Positions 49,423 to 49,870 of a stretch of DNA of 49,870 bases are shown piece after piece. Location of the stretch: contig NC_057758.1 of NCBI RefSeq assembly GCF_004010195.1, positions 2,937,340 to 2,987,209 on the forward strand, written 5' to 3'. Source of the stretch: Chiloscyllium plagiosum (taxonomy: Eukaryota). Position 1 is the stretch's first letter; every line of letters begins with the position of its first letter. A program made the position numbers and the translations under genes. The notes under the pieces are model-generated. The model did no database searches. It saw nothing but the letters and a program-made list of their open reading frames with translations, and was not told the origin of the DNA.

Positions 49423-49870
49423 ATTTGAGTGGGAGCAGCGGCCGAGTAAAGGCGAACCCGGGAGACTACAGCTAAGGTAAGACAGTTTGTTTCAAAATTA
49501 CTTACCTGTAGCGGGCAGCGGTTTTTTTTTTTCCTCTCTTCACAAAAAGAGCGGGAGCAGCAGAGGAAGTGACGGCAAACAGAGGGGCAGCCGGGAAGGA
49601 GAACTGTGAGTATAAATACTCACCCTTTAATCACCAACGGTCATTTGAGAGGGAGCAGCGGAAGTGAGGTTGGAGTGCATAGCTGGGTGGGAAGGTAAGT
49701 GATTAGTATTTGAGTGGGTGTGTTCTAGACCCCAGGTAAGTGACTCAGTGTTATTGACTCAGTGTTCTTGTTTCTGGAGAAAGTGTACAGTCATGGCAGC
49801 GCAGGCAGTGGAATGTTCCTCCTGCAGGATGTTTGAGGTAGGGGTAACCACCGATACTCCTGCCGACTTC
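49423..49870 (+). mobile_element. 5' end of a CR1 LINE: 5' UTR plus ORF1 start at 49793, running off the window
   Basis: Abrupt AT-to-GC shift; repeated atttgag.gggagcagcgg units; MAAQAVECSSCRMFEVGVTTDTPADF resembles the CR1 ORF1 N-terminal CxxC finger. Confidence 0.8.

Overview
Eukaryotic, repeat-dominated DNA, very likely from a cartilaginous fish (shark), inferred from HE1-type tRNA-derived SINEs and HER1/CR1-type LINEs. No intact cellular gene is visible. The only host-gene remnants are two paralogous, disabled rhodopsin-class GPCR exons (GPR139/142-like type; about 12.6-15.5 kb and 44.7-45.6 kb), lying in two diverged copies of a segmental duplication (about 1-15.5 kb and 40.1-45.6 kb). 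The rest is layered retroelements: many CR1 LINEs (one young copy with a 387-aa RT ORF whose catalytic motif reads FAND), HE1 SINEs, two Gmr1-like Gypsy elements (integrase before RT), a probable endogenous-retrovirus LTR with a tRNA-His primer-binding site, and many Penelope-like element (PLE) pieces carrying minimal hammerhead-ribozyme motifs. The most striking structure is a 2-kb PLE insertion splitting the first GPCR exon: 12-bp target-site duplication, two outward-facing ~750-bp inverted arms, each with a hammerhead core, around a GIY-YIG endonuclease fragment. Family assignments come from motif recognition only (no database search), and boundaries of old repeats are approximate.
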